Shown: positions 9,559 through 19,689 of the stretch, piece by piece
Layout: each line of letters begins with the position of its first letter
How positions within the stretch are numbered: the stretch's first letter is position 1
Translations under genes and position numbers: made by a program
Source of the DNA: Oligoflexales bacterium
Lineage (GTDB): Bacteria > Bdellovibrionota_B > Oligoflexia > Oligoflexales > RGVZ01
NCBI GenBank assembly: GCA_947494335.1
Contig: CANLUT010000001.1
Span: 921,649 to 985,648, forward strand
Length of the DNA: 64,000 nt
Reading direction: 5' to 3'
Notes under the pieces: model-generated
Databases searched by the model: none
Seen by the model: only the letters and a program-made list of their open reading frames with translations
Told to the model about the DNA's origin: nothing

Positions 9559-10827
9559 TTATTTTACCTGAGCATCGATCAGATGGCCGTGCATCCATCC
9601 GGAACTTACGCCACGCTTAAGGCGCATAACACGACTGTTGTAGTTTCCTTCGACTGTCCAAATGGACTTGAGAGCATGGTCGTAGGCAACGATCATCAGG
9701 GTGTGCGTTCCCAGATTAGTACCTTCGTACCGAATCAAGTCACCCATGACTGATTTTGTTTTAGCCAAGGTTGGTATGCGCGATGCGTTACCCAGGGTTC
9801 TATATTGGCTAAAGAATGTTTTCGCCGAGTATTGGTAAGCGAGTTTAAAGTCTTTCGCCACAGCCCAAGTGTAAAAACGGTCACACCAGCTACCGGAAGC
9901 ATACCCTTTGCTTGATTGGTAGTTCCCATGATCCCAATCATAGGACTCAGCCAAAGCTCGAAGCACTAAACGTCGGCGTGCTTGGGAAAGTTTATTCTCC
10001 TCTGCAGTGGCCACGTGGAATGGATGACGCATGGTGACCGATGGCGGAGGTGTCGTGATCCCAGTTGACGCATTCGTGATTTTGACCCCTTCCAGCCGGT
10101 ATACGGTGTTAGGTGATAACTGATCGACCGTAAAGTCGAGGGTGTTACCATTTGACACAGGAACGACGCGAGACAGAGGCAACTTGATTTTTGAGTTGCT
10201 TAAGTTCACGAGGGTTCCCGTTACGTATACCTGCTTCGCATTCTTCAGTGTACCACTTTGCACAACCATGCGAATAACGGCTGCACTTGGATGAGAGCGC
10301 GAGAGCGTTCCATGATAGTCGTAAGCGACCTGAGTATTTGGAACTGGCCTCATCTTCGGAAGTTCGTTAGGAGGCGGTAAAACCACCGCTGACGGAGCAC
10401 TACTGGATGGAGTATCTCCATCTGTAGGCGACAATCCTTCGTGATCACTTGAATACAGGATCCTGTTGCGATCACCGTCTCGTCTTACGACGTGGGCAGA
10501 AAAATCTTGTCGAATGTCGATCGGTGCTTCCGAACGCCAAAAACCCGGTGATGTTTTTGTTAGTCCAATCAGAGTCGCATCGGGAGTTTGACAGGTCGTA
10601 ACTGCGCCGATACATAGCCGGACATCGTCGTATTCAGCTGGTAGCTGAACGACTAGATGAGAAAACTCATCGTCCCCATCAATGGCGATGGAGCTTTGGG
10701 CTGCAATGTTTGCAGAGTCGTCGATCTGAGACGGTGTACCTGAACTGGTCTCATGAGGTTTGCCACAGGCAGTTACGAGCAGAAGCCCGATTGCCGCGCA
10801 GGCATGAGTTGGTTTAAAGCGTTTCAT
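9559..10827 (-). CDS. Lipoprotein with C-terminal CHAP/NlpC-P60-like cysteine amidase domain (putative cell-wall hydrolase)
   Basis: The lipobox is LLVTAC. The C-terminus reads ...GSWCDRFYTWA...GDLIRYEG...GTHTLMIVAY...WTVEGN, which matches the Cys...His...(E/N) CHAP spacing pattern. The domain call comes from pattern recognition only. Confidence 0.55.
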   Translation of the reverse strand: MKRFKPTHACAAIGLLLVTACGKPHETSSGTPSQIDDSANIAAQSSIAIDGDDEFSHLVVQLPAEYDDVRLCIGAVTTCQTPDATLIGLTKTSPGFWRSEAPIDIRQDFSAHVVRRDGDRNRILYSSDHEGLSPTDGDTPSSSAPSAVVLPPPNELPKMRPVPNTQVAYDYHGTLSRSHPSAAVIRMVVQSGTLKNAKQVYVTGTLVNLSNSKIKLPLSRVVPVSNGNTLDFTVDQLSPNTVYRLEGVKITNASTGITTPPPSVTMRHPFHVATAEENKLSQARRRLVLRALAESYDWDHGNYQSSKGYASGSWCDRFYTWAVAKDFKLAYQYSAKTFFSQYRTLGNASRIPTLAKTKSVMGDLIRYEGTNLGTHTLMIVAYDHALKSIWTVEGNYNSRVMRLKRGVSSGWMHGHLIDAQVK

Positions 10828-11237
10828 CGTGAGCCTCCTTTACTAGTTTGGCAGTTTCAGCATTCAATGGTCGATGAGCATACACGCTTAATTATTAGAA
10901 TCTGCTTAACATGTGAGTAAAAACCGCGCAAATTGACGCGGGTGTCTGAGCAACTTAAAAGTTCAATTATTACGGATCTTTAAATGGCATCATAATTGTT
11001 AATGAGTGGTAGCTCATTGTATTTTAATAGAAATTGCTGATCTCCGAACCTTCAAGGATTGTGTGGCAAATGCGCTACGTCGTGATTTTAGCCGCCGATA
11101 GCTAGATATTATTAGCGGGATGAATTTAGGCTCGAAGAATTTCCCTTTAGAATTGGCCATTTACAGGTGCGCCACGGACACTGTTTTTGCATCGAATTCT
11201 TTTGGGGCAGGCGACGACAGACCTCAAAGGAGTATTT

Positions 11238-11621
11238 ATGCGTACAAGCTTTTTTTATGCTTTTACATGTTTAAGTCTGATTTTTTCTTTCGAGTCATTT
11301 GCCGCTCGGCTCGGAGCTGCGCAACCTGACATCCGAGATGTTCCAGCTGCGGAACATCGTGAGCTATTGATGAGGCGTCATCAGCAGATGGCCAGCTTGC
11401 ATGGCAAAGTTGGAAAGTGCTTGGAGTCTGGAAAAAGCTATGAACAGTGCCATCAAGAGGCGCTTGAACAATATAATAAAGAGTTTGGCAAAGATTGTCC
11501 GCGATTTGGCGAAGGTCGCATGGAAGATCGAGTCCATCATCATAAACATGGATGTTTTTGGATGACTTTGCCCCAGGATTTAGGTTCATCGCCGGATAAA
11601 AGTCAAAAAAATTCGAAGTAG
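11238..11621 (+). CDS. Hypothetical small periplasmic His/Cys-rich protein
   Basis: An AGGAG RBS sits 7 nt upstream of the ATG at 11238. It has a signal peptide (LSLIFSFESFA) and an HHHKHGC cluster. Confidence 0.5.
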   Translation: MRTSFFYAFTCLSLIFSFESFAARLGAAQPDIRDVPAAEHRELLMRRHQQMASLHGKVGKCLESGKSYEQCHQEALEQYNKEFGKDCPRFGEGRMEDRVHHHKHGCFWMTLPQDLGSSPDKSQKNSK

Positions 11622-11622
11622 A

Positions 11623-13836
11623 CTAGGCCGAGACCCGAGCCACTTTCGCGGCCGCGTGCGGCTGCCATCTGAAGATGAAAAGGGTCTTATCATCGTCAAT
11701 ATGGGCGCCGTTAACAGAGGTGAGATCGACAATCATTTTTTTTACGTCGTCGACTTCAAGGTCAACTTTATGATGATTTCCGATAGCGGATTCAAGTTTG
11801 CGGATGATGTTCGCATTCTCTCTGCTGGAAAAATTGATGCCATCACTCATCAGAATGATGATCGCTCCAGGATTCAGCTTCAATGTTGTGACTTCGGCAT
11901 GCTTTAGCGGCACGCTCAAAACTTTAACAAAATCTGAAGATGAAGGATCGGATGGTGGTTGAATTAAAATCGGGAAGGGTGCGTTAGCCCGGTAAAAGGT
12001 CAAAAGTCCTTCCTCGGGCAAAAACTCAAACCCGCAAATGCTGTGGATGTCTCGCATCTGGAATCTGTCATTTAGGTAGCGTCCAATCATCTGATGGTAG
12101 GATTTAATCATGGAGTCGTTTATGGTGCGATGCTTTGATGAGCCTCTCTCGGCCCATAAAAGGTCAGCCATCACGTTACATATGGTTGCCTTCAGTGCTG
12201 CTTGAACTCCATGACCAGTGACGTCGTTAAGCAATGCTGTAAATACTTTTCCGTTTTCATCCCAATGGCAGAAGAACGTGTCTCCCGATACATACGAGGC
12301 AGCGGACTGATAGTAGTCCACGGTCAAACCGGAGGGCAGGGATGGTGTCCGCAGCTGTTGGGTTTGAACTGAACGACCAAGTTCAAGCTCCATTTCTAAT
12401 TGCTTTGCTTTTGTTTGCGCTGCGGTGAGTGCTCGAACCCGATTTTCTAGCGATGAAATGTTGAAGAATGCACTGAGGGCTAGAATAAACCCTGAGTTAA
12501 AGTGGAGGTTATTTAACGGATCGAGCCACTCGTTAGCCAGGGGAATTTCTGGGGCAATGAACTTCAACGAAATTAGCAATGACGGGATATTGGCGACTGC
12601 CGCAGATAGCAAGGCCATACGCCGCCAGCGTAAATCCATGCGGTGTATGAATAAATATGAGCGCATGCAGATTATAATTCCAGCACATCCGATCACAAAT
12701 GAAGAGATGTTTAAAAAATGCGGATAGGCACTCGCAGGTTTATTGGCGGACATCATCGCATAAAGCGCCATGGGAAAAGCCCACAAAAGACCAACGGTGA
12801 GCCAGCGTGAGATGGACCCTGCTCCAATTCGGGCCAGATTCACAAAAAAGTAGAGTCGGAAGATCAGTCCCAGATTGGTGAATAAAGACGCTGCGAATAG
12901 GTCCCACCAAGGGCCAAGAGTCGACAGCGGAAGCCAATTTTGTTTGACAGCAATGCCTAAGGCCTCAAACCCCATGAAAAGAGCAAGACCGAGAGATTCG
13001 GATGACGAGTCAACCAGTAAGAAAAGAGCGATAGCAAAAAGAGCAAGGGTTATGCGAGACACAAGCGCGATCCAATCGCCGCGACCACTTGTTTTGAGGA
13101 GTTCATTTTCATAGAACTTTTCCAACTCATGCTGCGTCGATATGAATAGCGGGCGCGATAATCCCAGTTTAAATGGTTTTGTCGGTAGTGATTCGATCAA
13201 GAGATCAACGACTAAAGGACTATCCGCTAATGGCTTCGTTTCCAGAGGAAAATAAATTGGGCGACTTAAAAAAAAACGGCGCTGCATTTGTCCGTTTAGA
13301 TAAACTAATGCTTTGTTGTAATTCATGTTTGGTAGGGAGACCGCCAACGTCAGGTATTCGGAGAGGTTTTTCCAAGCTGTCGACGGCACCGTGAACTGGA
13401 GACGCAGGTATTGGGTGTCTTCACCTGTTAGGTTCAGGTTAAGGATGTCTTTGCGTGAGACGGCCTGCGGCTCACCGACGGTTGTAAAGTCGAGAGGCAA
13501 ACAGTCAACATCTTTACCTGAGCAGCCCCGAATCTGAGCTAATTTCCAATCCGTAGCAAGTAAGTCAAGAATCTGGACGCGGTTTCTTGACTCAAGATAA
13601 CCTCGTGAATCTCGGTCGATAAAAATCATTCCACCAACAAATGCCAGAATGCCAAGGAGAATTCCGCCAACGACTAGCACTGTCATTGCAGAGCGATTAT
13701 TTTTATTGAGAACAATGCGGCGTCGGGCTTCATACGCATCTTCAAGTGCTGCGTTAGAGACAAAAGCTTTTACAAATTTACGGATATCCTGAATCATAAC
13801 CGGCTTTTCGGTGGTGTGATCACGGGACTTTCGCAC
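11623..13836 (-). CDS. 7TMR-DISM-type receptor fused to a PP2C/SpoIIE serine phosphatase
   Basis: It has one N-terminal TM helix, a ~200-aa extracytoplasmic domain, seven predicted TM helices, a coiled coil and a SpoIIE core (SGDTFFCHWDENG...NDVTGHGVQAAL...ILMSDG...DDDKTLFIF). The start is uncertain: GTG at 13836 or ATG at 13797. Confidence 0.8.
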   Translation of the reverse strand: MRKSRDHTTEKPVMIQDIRKFVKAFVSNAALEDAYEARRRIVLNKNNRSAMTVLVVGGILLGILAFVGGMIFIDRDSRGYLESRNRVQILDLLATDWKLAQIRGCSGKDVDCLPLDFTTVGEPQAVSRKDILNLNLTGEDTQYLRLQFTVPSTAWKNLSEYLTLAVSLPNMNYNKALVYLNGQMQRRFFLSRPIYFPLETKPLADSPLVVDLLIESLPTKPFKLGLSRPLFISTQHELEKFYENELLKTSGRGDWIALVSRITLALFAIALFLLVDSSSESLGLALFMGFEALGIAVKQNWLPLSTLGPWWDLFAASLFTNLGLIFRLYFFVNLARIGAGSISRWLTVGLLWAFPMALYAMMSANKPASAYPHFLNISSFVIGCAGIIICMRSYLFIHRMDLRWRRMALLSAAVANIPSLLISLKFIAPEIPLANEWLDPLNNLHFNSGFILALSAFFNISSLENRVRALTAAQTKAKQLEMELELGRSVQTQQLRTPSLPSGLTVDYYQSAASYVSGDTFFCHWDENGKVFTALLNDVTGHGVQAALKATICNVMADLLWAERGSSKHRTINDSMIKSYHQMIGRYLNDRFQMRDIHSICGFEFLPEEGLLTFYRANAPFPILIQPPSDPSSSDFVKVLSVPLKHAEVTTLKLNPGAIIILMSDGINFSSRENANIIRKLESAIGNHHKVDLEVDDVKKMIVDLTSVNGAHIDDDKTLFIFRWQPHAAAKVARVSA

Positions 13837-14050
13837 AGGTATTCAGTAAAACAGCAAATATTCGGTAAAATATCTCCTCATTTCAGGGTGTTCAGGGTCT
13901 CGGATTTCGATGGCCTAGGGCCTGAACGAAGGTCGAACTGATGATTTTCGATCAATATACTAATAATGTGGGGTCTCGATCTCAAAATTTATTGTCTGCA
14001 ATATATCGGGTTCAATGGGCCCCTCTTCCTAGCACTGACGATTTTAGTAG

Positions 14051-14473
14051 TTAAAACTCAAGAACGTTAAGGTTCCATCTTGTCCAGCCGTTAATTCCAT
14101 ATTCCGGCTTATGAAAATCAAGGGTCGCAGCAGTGCGGCCGGTCTCTGAGTTGATGCGGTAGAGTACGCTGAACTCCATGGTGGAGGTTTCTTTGATAAC
14201 GGAGAGGCCGTCAAAGTCTATGTCTGTTGAGATTTTGCATGCTGAAGTCCACGTGCTGCCACGAATGGATGCGTCACAAGAGCGAGACCCATTTGCTGAC
14301 TTGATCGAGATGATGCCACTTGTTGCAGTCGTTTTCTCGACACAAAGATATGTTTTTGAGGATCCGCGTGGACCAGATGGGAACCAATCGCAAATCTCTT
14401 CGGCAAAAACTGCATTCATAGTTGGTAAACTTAGGCTTAACAGGACGATGGCTCTGGATAGGATTTTGTTCAT
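14051..14473 (-). CDS. Hypothetical secreted protein
   Basis: The signal peptide is MNKILSRAIVLLSLSLPTMNAVFA. No domain recognised. Confidence 0.5.
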   Translation of the reverse strand: MNKILSRAIVLLSLSLPTMNAVFAEEICDWFPSGPRGSSKTYLCVEKTTATSGIISIKSANGSRSCDASIRGSTWTSACKISTDIDFDGLSVIKETSTMEFSVLYRINSETGRTAATLDFHKPEYGINGWTRWNLNVLEF

Positions 14474-14808
14474 AGCTTTTATCTCACGTACGTTGAAAAG
14501 ATTGAGTGCCCGACGACGTGCGTGTCCTACCATTTTAGAATCATTACGCAATTACGATAAATGTGATTAGATCCATCATAAAAAACGAATCTTTAATCTT
14601 GTAAGACTATCCAAGATCGGTTTAGAAACCATGTTTCAGCAGCAGAGCTTCTCGCCTCCGAAGCATTTTAAGGGCGACACGATTGGTTACGTATACTTTA
14701 AAACTCAGATACTAAGTGCTATGGTGCAGGCCGTTAGACGGATGGCTGAGCCCTTTTGCCTATTAATTAGAGTTAGTCCGCTGACACCTATTTCAAAACG
14801 TAAGAACC

Positions 14809-15549
14809 ATGAAACCTGACGTATTTTATTTTCGTGATTTTTCGATGCTTCAAGCGCCGTCAGGCCAGCGAGTCAACACAGATAGTTGCGTATTTGGCGC
14901 TGTCATTGGTCCTACATCTAAACCTTCTCGAATTTTGGACATAGGAACTGGAACTGGAGTCTTAGCACTGATGCTCGCCTCAAGGTTTCCTGAAGCTCAA
15001 ATAACAGCCGTCGAACCAGAACTATCAATCGCTGAGATCGCACGGGAAAACTTTCAAGCGAGCCCCTGGCGTGACCGTATAGAAGTCATCGTCTCCCGCG
15101 CTCAGGACCTTAGCCCCGGGACAATTGGCTCATTTGATTTTGTGCTGTGTAATCCGCCGTACTTCCAAAATAGTATGATCTCAGAGAATCACCTCCGCAT
15201 GGTGGCCCGGCACAACACGGACCTTTCGCCGGTAGAGCTTTACGTCGCGATGAAGCGAATGATGACCGAGCAAGGTTCCGTGTGGATTTCATTCCCAGAG
15301 GACAGCAACGAGCTTTGGTTCAGGCAAGGGTTTGAGTCGGGATTCCACCTGACTCATCAAGTTACCGTGATGGATCATCCCGGTGCAAAACCTCACATGA
15401 CGGTAGCAGGTTGGTCACTCGTCAAACCAGTATCGACAATAAACGACGTGATCCATTACCGCATGAGCCACAAAGGCTCTGCAAGTCAGTGGATGCGAAC
15501 ATTCCGTGAGCAATGGTATCCTGCGCGTTTCAACGCCCAGTTCTTTTAA
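14809..15549 (+). CDS. Class I SAM-dependent N6-adenine methyltransferase, tRNA1(Val) m6A37 (YfiC/TrmN6)-like
   Basis: The SAM motif is ILDIGTGTGVLALMLA and the catalytic motif is CNPPYF. Size and layout resemble YfiC. Confidence 0.75.
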   Translation: MKPDVFYFRDFSMLQAPSGQRVNTDSCVFGAVIGPTSKPSRILDIGTGTGVLALMLASRFPEAQITAVEPELSIAEIARENFQASPWRDRIEVIVSRAQDLSPGTIGSFDFVLCNPPYFQNSMISENHLRMVARHNTDLSPVELYVAMKRMMTEQGSVWISFPEDSNELWFRQGFESGFHLTHQVTVMDHPGAKPHMTVAGWSLVKPVSTINDVIHYRMSHKGSASQWMRTFREQWYPARFNAQFF

Positions 15550-15663
15550 TATAAAGTGCCGGCAAAACTTGAAGTGTCTCTGGATTGATAACGCATCCAT
15601 TAATTGGAGTCAGTCGGATGGTACTGATTTCCCCATTACAGTATAATGATGGAAGGAGCTTCT

Positions 15664-16188
15664 ATGAGCAAATTCCCGATCCCAAATCATTATCCTTGGT
15701 TCAATCCAGAGTTGGATCTTTTCTTTGCGCGCACTGTCAACATGGATCCAGAGCGAATCTGGCGCGCGTGGACTGAGCCAGAACTGCTAAAACCATGGTT
15801 CTGCCCAAAGCCATGGGGCGTTGCCGAGTGCGAGATTGATCTGCGTCCTGGGGGCGTCTTCAGCACCACCATGAAGTCACCTGAAGGCATGCTCGTCCCA
15901 AACGTCGGATGCTTCGTCGAGATCGTCAAAAACAAAAAACTTGTGTGGACCAATACAATGGGCCCCGGATTCCGCCCAGTGGCGCCACACGCCATGACGG
16001 AAGGTGGACAAGGAGCCTTTCAATTCACAGGGATGATCTTTCTTGAAGCTGTATCGGAAGGCACAAAATACACCGCAGTTGTCGCCCATGGGACAAAGGA
16101 ACACCGCGAAATCCACGCTCAGATGGGATTCGAGCAAGGGTGGGGCACTGCGCTGGACCAGCTATTGGAATTCATGCGAGACAAATAA
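15664..16188 (+). CDS. SRPBCC/AHSA1-family protein
   Basis: A GGAAGGAG RBS precedes the ATG at 15664. PERIWRAWTEPELLKPWF...EIDLRPGG is typical of Aha1-like SRPBCC proteins. Confidence 0.75.
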   Translation: MSKFPIPNHYPWFNPELDLFFARTVNMDPERIWRAWTEPELLKPWFCPKPWGVAECEIDLRPGGVFSTTMKSPEGMLVPNVGCFVEIVKNKKLVWTNTMGPGFRPVAPHAMTEGGQGAFQFTGMIFLEAVSEGTKYTAVVAHGTKEHREIHAQMGFEQGWGTALDQLLEFMRDK

Positions 16189-16207
16189 GAAACAAACTGA
16201 AAAGGAA

Positions 16208-16306
16208 GAACCCAAAGCTGAGGCTCTCACCTCGTCTTTGGGTTTTCGTTTTGCTGCAACTCCGACGTCGGAGTGGGGTGTTGCGGGCGTCCTTTCAGGC
16301 TTGTTG
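16208..16306. repeat. Repeat R1, copy A (terminator hairpin plus CTCCGACGTCGGAG palindrome plus 40-nt tail)
   Basis: This is a 99-bp direct repeat of 17057-17155, with 3 mismatches by hand alignment. It contains the hairpin ACCCAAAGCTGAGG...CCTCGTCTTTGGGT followed by TTTTCGTTTTG, so it also serves as the terminator of the SRPBCC gene. Confidence 0.85.
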
Positions 16307-16399
16307 CCGTGGACGCTATTTTATGTGTCGCGATCTAAGATCATTCAAAAAAAATTGAAAAACAAGAGGAGGCGACAACGATAGCTCAATCTGCGCTAA

Positions 16400-16783
16400 T
16401 TATTTGTCTCTGATGCAGATGCCGGTGAAAACAGATTTTGGAAGTGGTTGATCGTTGATAGCTATATTGCCGAATAAATTATGTCTGATGGTGTTATCCT
16501 GAACTCCAACAATTTCCTCTTTTGAAGGGAGGCGAAATCCGGACTGCTTGCAGAATAACTCTACTTGTGTGACGTCTCCGTTGATTGGAAATGCAAAGTA
16601 CGTCCATGCTTTACCATCGACAAAGCGAACGTTCCTGAGCATGGATGCAAATGTTTCAGCCTTCATCGAACTATCTACAGCTCGACGTTCAGCGTCGAAC
16701 TTTTCATTTTTATCTTTTTCTAATTTTCCGCAACCCGCTGAGGCGGTAATAAAAAGACTCACAAGTACGATTTGAAGCTTCAT
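16400..16783 (-). CDS. Hypothetical lipoprotein
   Basis: A GGGAGA RBS precedes MKLQIVLVSLFITASAGC (lipobox). The FCKQSGFRLPSKEEI segment is faintly DUF1566/FGE-like, which is a weak call. Confidence 0.55.
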   Translation of the reverse strand: MKLQIVLVSLFITASAGCGKLEKDKNEKFDAERRAVDSSMKAETFASMLRNVRFVDGKAWTYFAFPINGDVTQVELFCKQSGFRLPSKEEIVGVQDNTIRHNLFGNIAINDQPLPKSVFTGICIRDK

Positions 16784-17056
16784 CTCTGTCTCCCGACGTC
16801 TAGTTTTTAGATTTTGATTATTTGAGAGTTTACTTTCTAAATGCTCATAGAAATAAAACTCCCTAGTATGTGCCTTAAAAAATATCAATCAAAAAAGTAA
16901 AAATCGTAAAAATTTTTTGGAATAATTCATCACAAGTTACTGTGACTTGGAGATCTTGTATTTGAACCACCAAGCCGAATTGAAAAGCCTTCCTGGTGTT
17001 TCTTGGTGTCGCTGCTTGATTTTGGGATCTTAAGACTCAGAGTCCCTGATAGCAAG

Positions 17057-17155
17057 GAACCCAAAGCTGAGGCTCGCACCTCGTCTTTGGGTTTTCGTTT
17101 TGCTACAACTCCGACGTCGGAGTGGGGTGTTGCGGGCGTCCTTTCAGGCTTGCTG
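17057..17155. repeat. Repeat R1, copy B
   Basis: See copy A. It abuts repeat R2 copy B directly. Confidence 0.85.
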
Positions 17156-17159
17156 TCCA

Positions 17160-17323
17160 GATGTCCGCGTCATGATTACATCATACCACCCGTTCCGGCA
17201 TCTGTAATTTAGGTTTGGTATCTAGAAGTATCAGTATGTAATTACAGGTAATTAGATTAACCATTCAGCGTATCGCGCGCCCCTTCTCAGGTACTGAATT
17301 AGATAGAGAGGCATCAAATTCGT
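17160..17323. repeat. Repeat R2, copy B (contains a groEL 3'-tail-like segment)
   Basis: This is a direct repeat of 21857-22020. Identity is roughly 85-90% over the first ~95 bp, followed by a diverged middle. The block gagg[c/t]atcaaattcgt then sits at an identical offset (148 nt) in both copies. Confidence 0.8.
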
Positions 17324-17550
17324 GTCGCAACTGTGTCGTTTTTAGTTTTAGGGATTGGTGGGTGAGGAAGGTTGGTGTTTGATGTCGTTTGCGCTCAATG
17401 GTCTGATGGCAATAAGGCATATAAACCAGACGAAATGTCTTTAGGATAGAACAGCATCCAAAACTGCAGTGTGGCGCAGGACTCAATGGCCAGTATCAAT
17501 ATCAAGCGGTAGCCTAAACTAGGCCTATTCTTTTATGCGAAACAGGTGAA

Positions 17551-17985
17551 TCAGTTGCTACATCCTGAAACATCAGCTGTAAAGATTTTTTCCCTAGAAC
17601 GATAGTCGTAAACATCGACACCGTCATTCATGCTTTCAGCATAGACTCCGTAACTTTGCCCACTTTGAAAATATATCCATTCTCTGGAATCTTCTGCGGT
17701 AAATCGGACCCTATAGCCTAAATGACTGCCATCTTGTCTGACTCCACCAACAAGCATTTCAACTTTCGACCTGATTTCATTTCCGTTCTGATCGACTGCA
17801 TATACCGGGGCCCCACCTGGAATGACTCTATCTAGATTGTCCGGCGATTGAGCTACTAACTTATCGACAATACATGATTCCAATTGCGAGAGATCATCCG
17901 CATCAAAAATAAATTGTGGGTTCCGAATACCTGCAAAGGCAACGACAGAGCACGCTGCGGAACAAACTATTAACGGTAATCGCAT
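17551..17985 (-). CDS. Hypothetical secreted protein
   Basis: The signal peptide is MRLPLIVCSAACSVVAFA. No domain recognised. Confidence 0.5.
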   Translation of the reverse strand: MRLPLIVCSAACSVVAFAGIRNPQFIFDADDLSQLESCIVDKLVAQSPDNLDRVIPGGAPVYAVDQNGNEIRSKVEMLVGGVRQDGSHLGYRVRFTAEDSREWIYFQSGQSYGVYAESMNDGVDVYDYRSREKIFTADVSGCSN

Positions 17986-18645
17986 GTTATCTCCTTAAAA
18001 TTAATTTTGAAAACTTCTCAAGATTTTAGCTTAAATTTTAAATCTGTCTATAAGAACACTTATCCTATTGGTTCACAGTTGCGCTGAACAAGTGCCAGAA
18101 TCATCTAATGCGCGCTGCGCTCCAACTCAGCTTATCGCAAACAATTTTCCGTAACCAGAAATAATTGCCGACAAAGTTATCCTGTCGCTGTGTCTATGTT
18201 GGCCAGACAATCCGGCTTCATTTCGATTTTTGGAATGATTTGTACCAGTAGCGCGGTTGTACCTCTGTTTGACATGGACCGCTTTACTATCAGACAAGAC
18301 ATGAGGGGTCTCCTGGCCTGTGGATATTAACTACGCGTTGCAGACGCTTCGCTCGTTTTGATACTAATTGTACCGACGGTGATTATTGCCGATGATAAGC
18401 TCGTGTATTGCAGCTCGCCTGGGTCGAGCTATTTTTTTGACGAAAGCTTTGAACGATCGCCATTTTACCCCTTCCCAATGGGGTCGTAGAGCCTCCTGAA
18501 ACCCAAGAAAAAATCAATTTCTTCATTTTTTTGCAAGATTTTGGCATGATAGTATTTAGCAAGTCTCCGATACGTCAAACCTGATGCTCTGTGCCAGGAT
18601 TCTACATTTGTTTGAGACAACTCATTTTTACGGAGAATTTCGTCC

Positions 18646-19689
18646 ATGGGCCCTATGTGGCGAACCCTCACACTATTGTTTCAAGCAGCAGTTTATTTCG
18701 TTATCTGGTTTTTGTATGGGTATGGATCCGAGGCCCTTCGGAACCGAGATCGCTGGGAGTTGACTAAGAAGATTTTTGATGTGGTGGGGAATGAGATCCC
18801 TTTAGGATGGACCCTCGTCGACAAAATTATGGGAACCCTTGGCTTTGCGGCGATCATGCCACTACCCTGGATTTCAGCCGTCTATCTCATATTGGCTAAC
18901 TTTTTTCCTGCTTTACCGGTACCAACAAACAAATCTCTCCTTATTCCGTTATTTTTTGCGATTATTTGTATTCCTTTAGGTCCAGCTCTCGTAAACGGAG
19001 GGGCTTTTTATTCCAGGTTTTATAGCACGCCTCCGGCGACCATCCAAAAGCTTCGAGAAGCCTCAAAGTCAGGATCAGTAGTGACCTGCGCTTTGGTTAG
19101 TTATGATCCAGAGTCGACGACAGATGAGATGGATCAATGCGTTGCTGAAGTAGAGACTGCGAAGAACCCGAAGGAAAAGCGAGAGCGAATCGAGCAGTTT
19201 TTCAGGGATGGCAAAATAAGGAAGGTTATTCAGCCTGCGGAGTCGATGTCTATCTTAAGGGCTATTATAGAGGGATACCGAGATAATTGGCTTTTTATAA
19301 GAAACTTTGGAGATGATCCTAATTACAATTTAGAATCCGATTTGAGGGAACGGGAATTTCTTCTGAGCAGTTCTAACCGGGTTATGTCAGTGGTTCCAGT
19401 ATACCGACAAATTTGGTTTATAGATACCTACACGGAACTGCTCCTCCAAGAGGAGCATCACCTTTCAAGTATGACAGATATTGCTCGTTTTGCAATCAAC
19501 ATGGAAACCGGATGGTCTGAGGAAACAAAAGAATATTTTAATAGAAATATACTGCCAAAGCTTAAAGAGAAGTTTCGATCGGCGTTAGAGAATTATAAGA
19601 CTTTCGATCCCTCAGACTTCAATGATAACTCCCGCTCTTGGAGAAAAAAAGTTACGGATGGACTTTCGAATATAATGAATTCGTTCTGA
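18646..19689 (+). CDS. Hypothetical membrane protein (about 4 TM helices plus a soluble C-terminal domain)
   Basis: This is a long ORF with hydrophobic N-terminal segments. Spot counts on individual 60-nt lines gave about 35-40% GC. No domain recognised. Confidence 0.55.
   Translation: MGPMWRTLTLLFQAAVYFVIWFLYGYGSEALRNRDRWELTKKIFDVVGNEIPLGWTLVDKIMGTLGFAAIMPLPWISAVYLILANFFPALPVPTNKSLLIPLFFAIICIPLGPALVNGGAFYSRFYSTPPATIQKLREASKSGSVVTCALVSYDPESTTDEMDQCVAEVETAKNPKEKRERIEQFFRDGKIRKVIQPAESMSILRAIIEGYRDNWLFIRNFGDDPNYNLESDLREREFLLSSSNRVMSVVPVYRQIWFIDTYTELLLQEEHHLSSMTDIARFAINMETGWSEETKEYFNRNILPKLKEKFRSALENYKTFDPSDFNDNSRSWRKKVTDGLSNIMNSF

Noticed and set aside
16043-17212. A shared peptide (EPKAEA.TSSLGFRFA.TPTSEWGVAGVLSGLL) in track ORFs 16043-16384 and 17003-17212 suggested a duplicated small protein
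   Set aside because: The shared part is exactly the R1 DNA repeat, which consists of a terminator hairpin with a T-tract and a palindrome. There is no RBS or start context, and the ORFs diverge outside the repeat. I treat it as non-coding.
18465-18671. A 68-aa minus-strand ORF with a vaguely HTH-like segment (…GLTYRRLAKYY…), considered as a relic of a transposase or recombinase
   Set aside because: It is too short, has no recognisable motif, and overlaps the start of the more convincing 18646-19689 membrane-protein ORF. The downstream frames are full of stops.
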